A stretch of DNA of 17,924 nucleotides. Origin: Candidatus Thorarchaeota archaeon. GTDB taxonomy: Archaea; Asgardarchaeota; Thorarchaeia; Thorarchaeales; Thorarchaeaceae. The position numbers were made by a program, and so were the translations under genes. Every line of letters starts with the position of its first letter. Position 1 is the first letter of the stretch. The notes under the pieces were generated by a model. The model ran no database searches and had not been told where the DNA came from. It was given only the letters and a program-made list of their open reading frames with translations. The stretch lies in assembly GCA_029858305.1 (NCBI GenBank), contig JAOUFI010000047.1:1-17924 (forward strand), in the 5' to 3' direction. This document shows positions 16,717 to 17,924 of this stretch, in pieces.

Positions 16717-17250
16717 TTGGTAGCAGAGCTTTACAAGGCAATCATTGTGGGAGCGCCTAGTGTCGGGAAATCAAGCCTTGTCAGACGCTACCAGACAAAC
16801 GAGTTCAGAGAGGATCACACCGCTACTGTGGCTGCTGACCTTAGTGCGATTGCATTTGATTTTCCTGAAGGAAAAGTTGTGCTAACAGTCGTTGATGTCG
16901 GCGGTCAAGAGACCTTTGCAGGACTTCGAAACAGATTCTATGAAGGAGCACATCACCTAATCATGGTATATGATATGACCAATAAAGAGACCTTCAAGCG
17001 AATCACTCCTCTTCATGAAGCTCTCACAGACAAGATTTGCATTCAACGTGACAAATTCTTGGGTGGCTCTCTAGTAGCTAATAAGTGCGACTTGAAGAAC
17101 GAAGCAGTGATTACCGAACAAGAAGGTCGTTTACTAGCAGATCTACTTCAGCTTGATTATATTGAGACCTCAGCAAGAACTGGGCATAATGTGCCTGAAA
17201 TGTTCTTACATGCAGCTACGGAGTCTCGACGATTACGCCATAATATCTAA
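16717..17250 (+). CDS. Ras-superfamily (Rab-like) small GTPase
   Basis: G1 GAPSVGKS, G2 T (HTATV), G3 DVGGQE, G4 NKCD and G5 ETSAR, plus RFYEGA and VYDMT. No C-terminal prenylation Cys. Confidence 0.93.
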   Translation: MVAELYKAIIVGAPSVGKSSLVRRYQTNEFREDHTATVAADLSAIAFDFPEGKVVLTVVDVGGQETFAGLRNRFYEGAHHLIMVYDMTNKETFKRITPLHEALTDKICIQRDKFLGGSLVANKCDLKNEAVITEQEGRLLADLLQLDYIETSARTGHNVPEMFLHAATESRRLRHNI

Positions 17251-17258
17251 TGAACTCA

Positions 17259-17924
17259 TTATTGCGTAGCAGCTGTCATTCTGCAATCACGTATTCTCAT
17301 AGTAGGTATGAATGTCGGCGTTCTCACTTCCCACCAAAACACCTGCGTCCGGTCTTTTCCAAGAGCGTCGATATTGGCCATCATTCTCATTGTGTTATCA
17401 CTAATGCGCATGTTCTTTATCGGTGTCATCTCGCCCTTCTTCACAATAAACATGGCATCTCTTGGAATTGTTGAGAAATCACCAACTTGATAGTTCTGGA
17501 ACCTTGAATACCAGTTGCAAGTTACATAGATAGTTGGTCGAGTAACATCTGCAAGCTCATCGAAATTTTGGTCTCCATTCTCGAAGATGATATTTGATGG
17601 GCCAGGTAAAAGCATCTTCATCCCCATGAACATTCTTGCAAGTCTAGAACTCCCGGTGCTTTCAGTGTCAAACATTCTGGCCGTTGTCGTATTGTGCACA
17701 AGGGTCTTCAGTATCCCATTTTCGATGACAGTAATCGTTTTGCTTGGAGTTCCTTCCCAATCAAATGAGGTGCTACCAAGACCTCCTTCAAACAGGGGGT
17801 CTTCATAGGCTGTAACAAAATCGGGGGCGATTTGCTCACCAATACGATCTTTCAGGGGGGACATCCCCATCATGATCAGGAATGGATTTGCTTGTGTTGG
17901 TATTTGACCGCTAACATCAGCTGC
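17259..17924 (-). CDS. TldD/PmbA family protein, C-terminal part (5' end outside window)
   Basis: SFDWEGTP, IENGIL..LVHN..TA, ESTG and GDFS...G...PIKNMRISDN. The frame stays open to the window edge. Confidence 0.88.
   Translation of the reverse strand, partial: AADVSGQIPTQANPFLIMMGMSPLKDRIGEQIAPDFVTAYEDPLFEGGLGSTSFDWEGTPSKTITVIENGILKTLVHNTTTARMFDTESTGSSRLARMFMGMKMLLPGPSNIIFENGDQNFDELADVTRPTIYVTCNWYSRFQNYQVGDFSTIPRDAMFIVKKGEMTPIKNMRISDNTMRMMANIDALGKDRTQVFWWEVRTPTFIPTMRIRDCRMTAATQ

Noticed and set aside
207-17808. Remaining short ORFs nested in or antisense to the main genes (e.g. 207-476, 3728-3994, 5737-5970, 9469-9771, 10139-10405, 15044-15277, 16376-16672, 17250-17474)
   Set aside because: They overlap well-supported genes and show no motifs, so they are treated as shadow ORFs.

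Overview
Gene-dense archaeal chromosomal window, most likely Asgard (Thorarchaeia-like). That assignment is inferred from a Rab-like small GTPase without a prenylation tail, a 24-aa Cys-containing LRR protein and an archaeal TATA-type promoter. The left part is ordinary metabolism: radical SAM, GNAT-TPR, GPH-family MFS, GH38 mannosidase, SDR epimerase, YbjQ and a metallophosphoesterase. The right part holds a membrane protein, a thioredoxin, the GTPase and a partial TldD/PmbA gene. The centre (9776-14688) has two notable features. (1) A tight minus-strand operon: arsR, then a class I SAM methyltransferase fused to an HgcA-like corrinoid/membrane protein (GINVWCAARG), then an HgcB-like ferredoxin with a Cys-rich tail. 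This is a variant mercury/metalloid methylation module carrying its own SAM methyltransferase. (2) An unannotated 52-aa rubredoxin gene (14530-14688) whose 3' end plus terminator hairpin occurs three times (14476-14561, 12609-12694, 9776-9857), with an identical 17-bp core. These copies bracket the LRR gene and the hgcAB-like operon as two tandem modules, resembling successive integrations at an att site in the rubredoxin gene. No integrase is present in the window.
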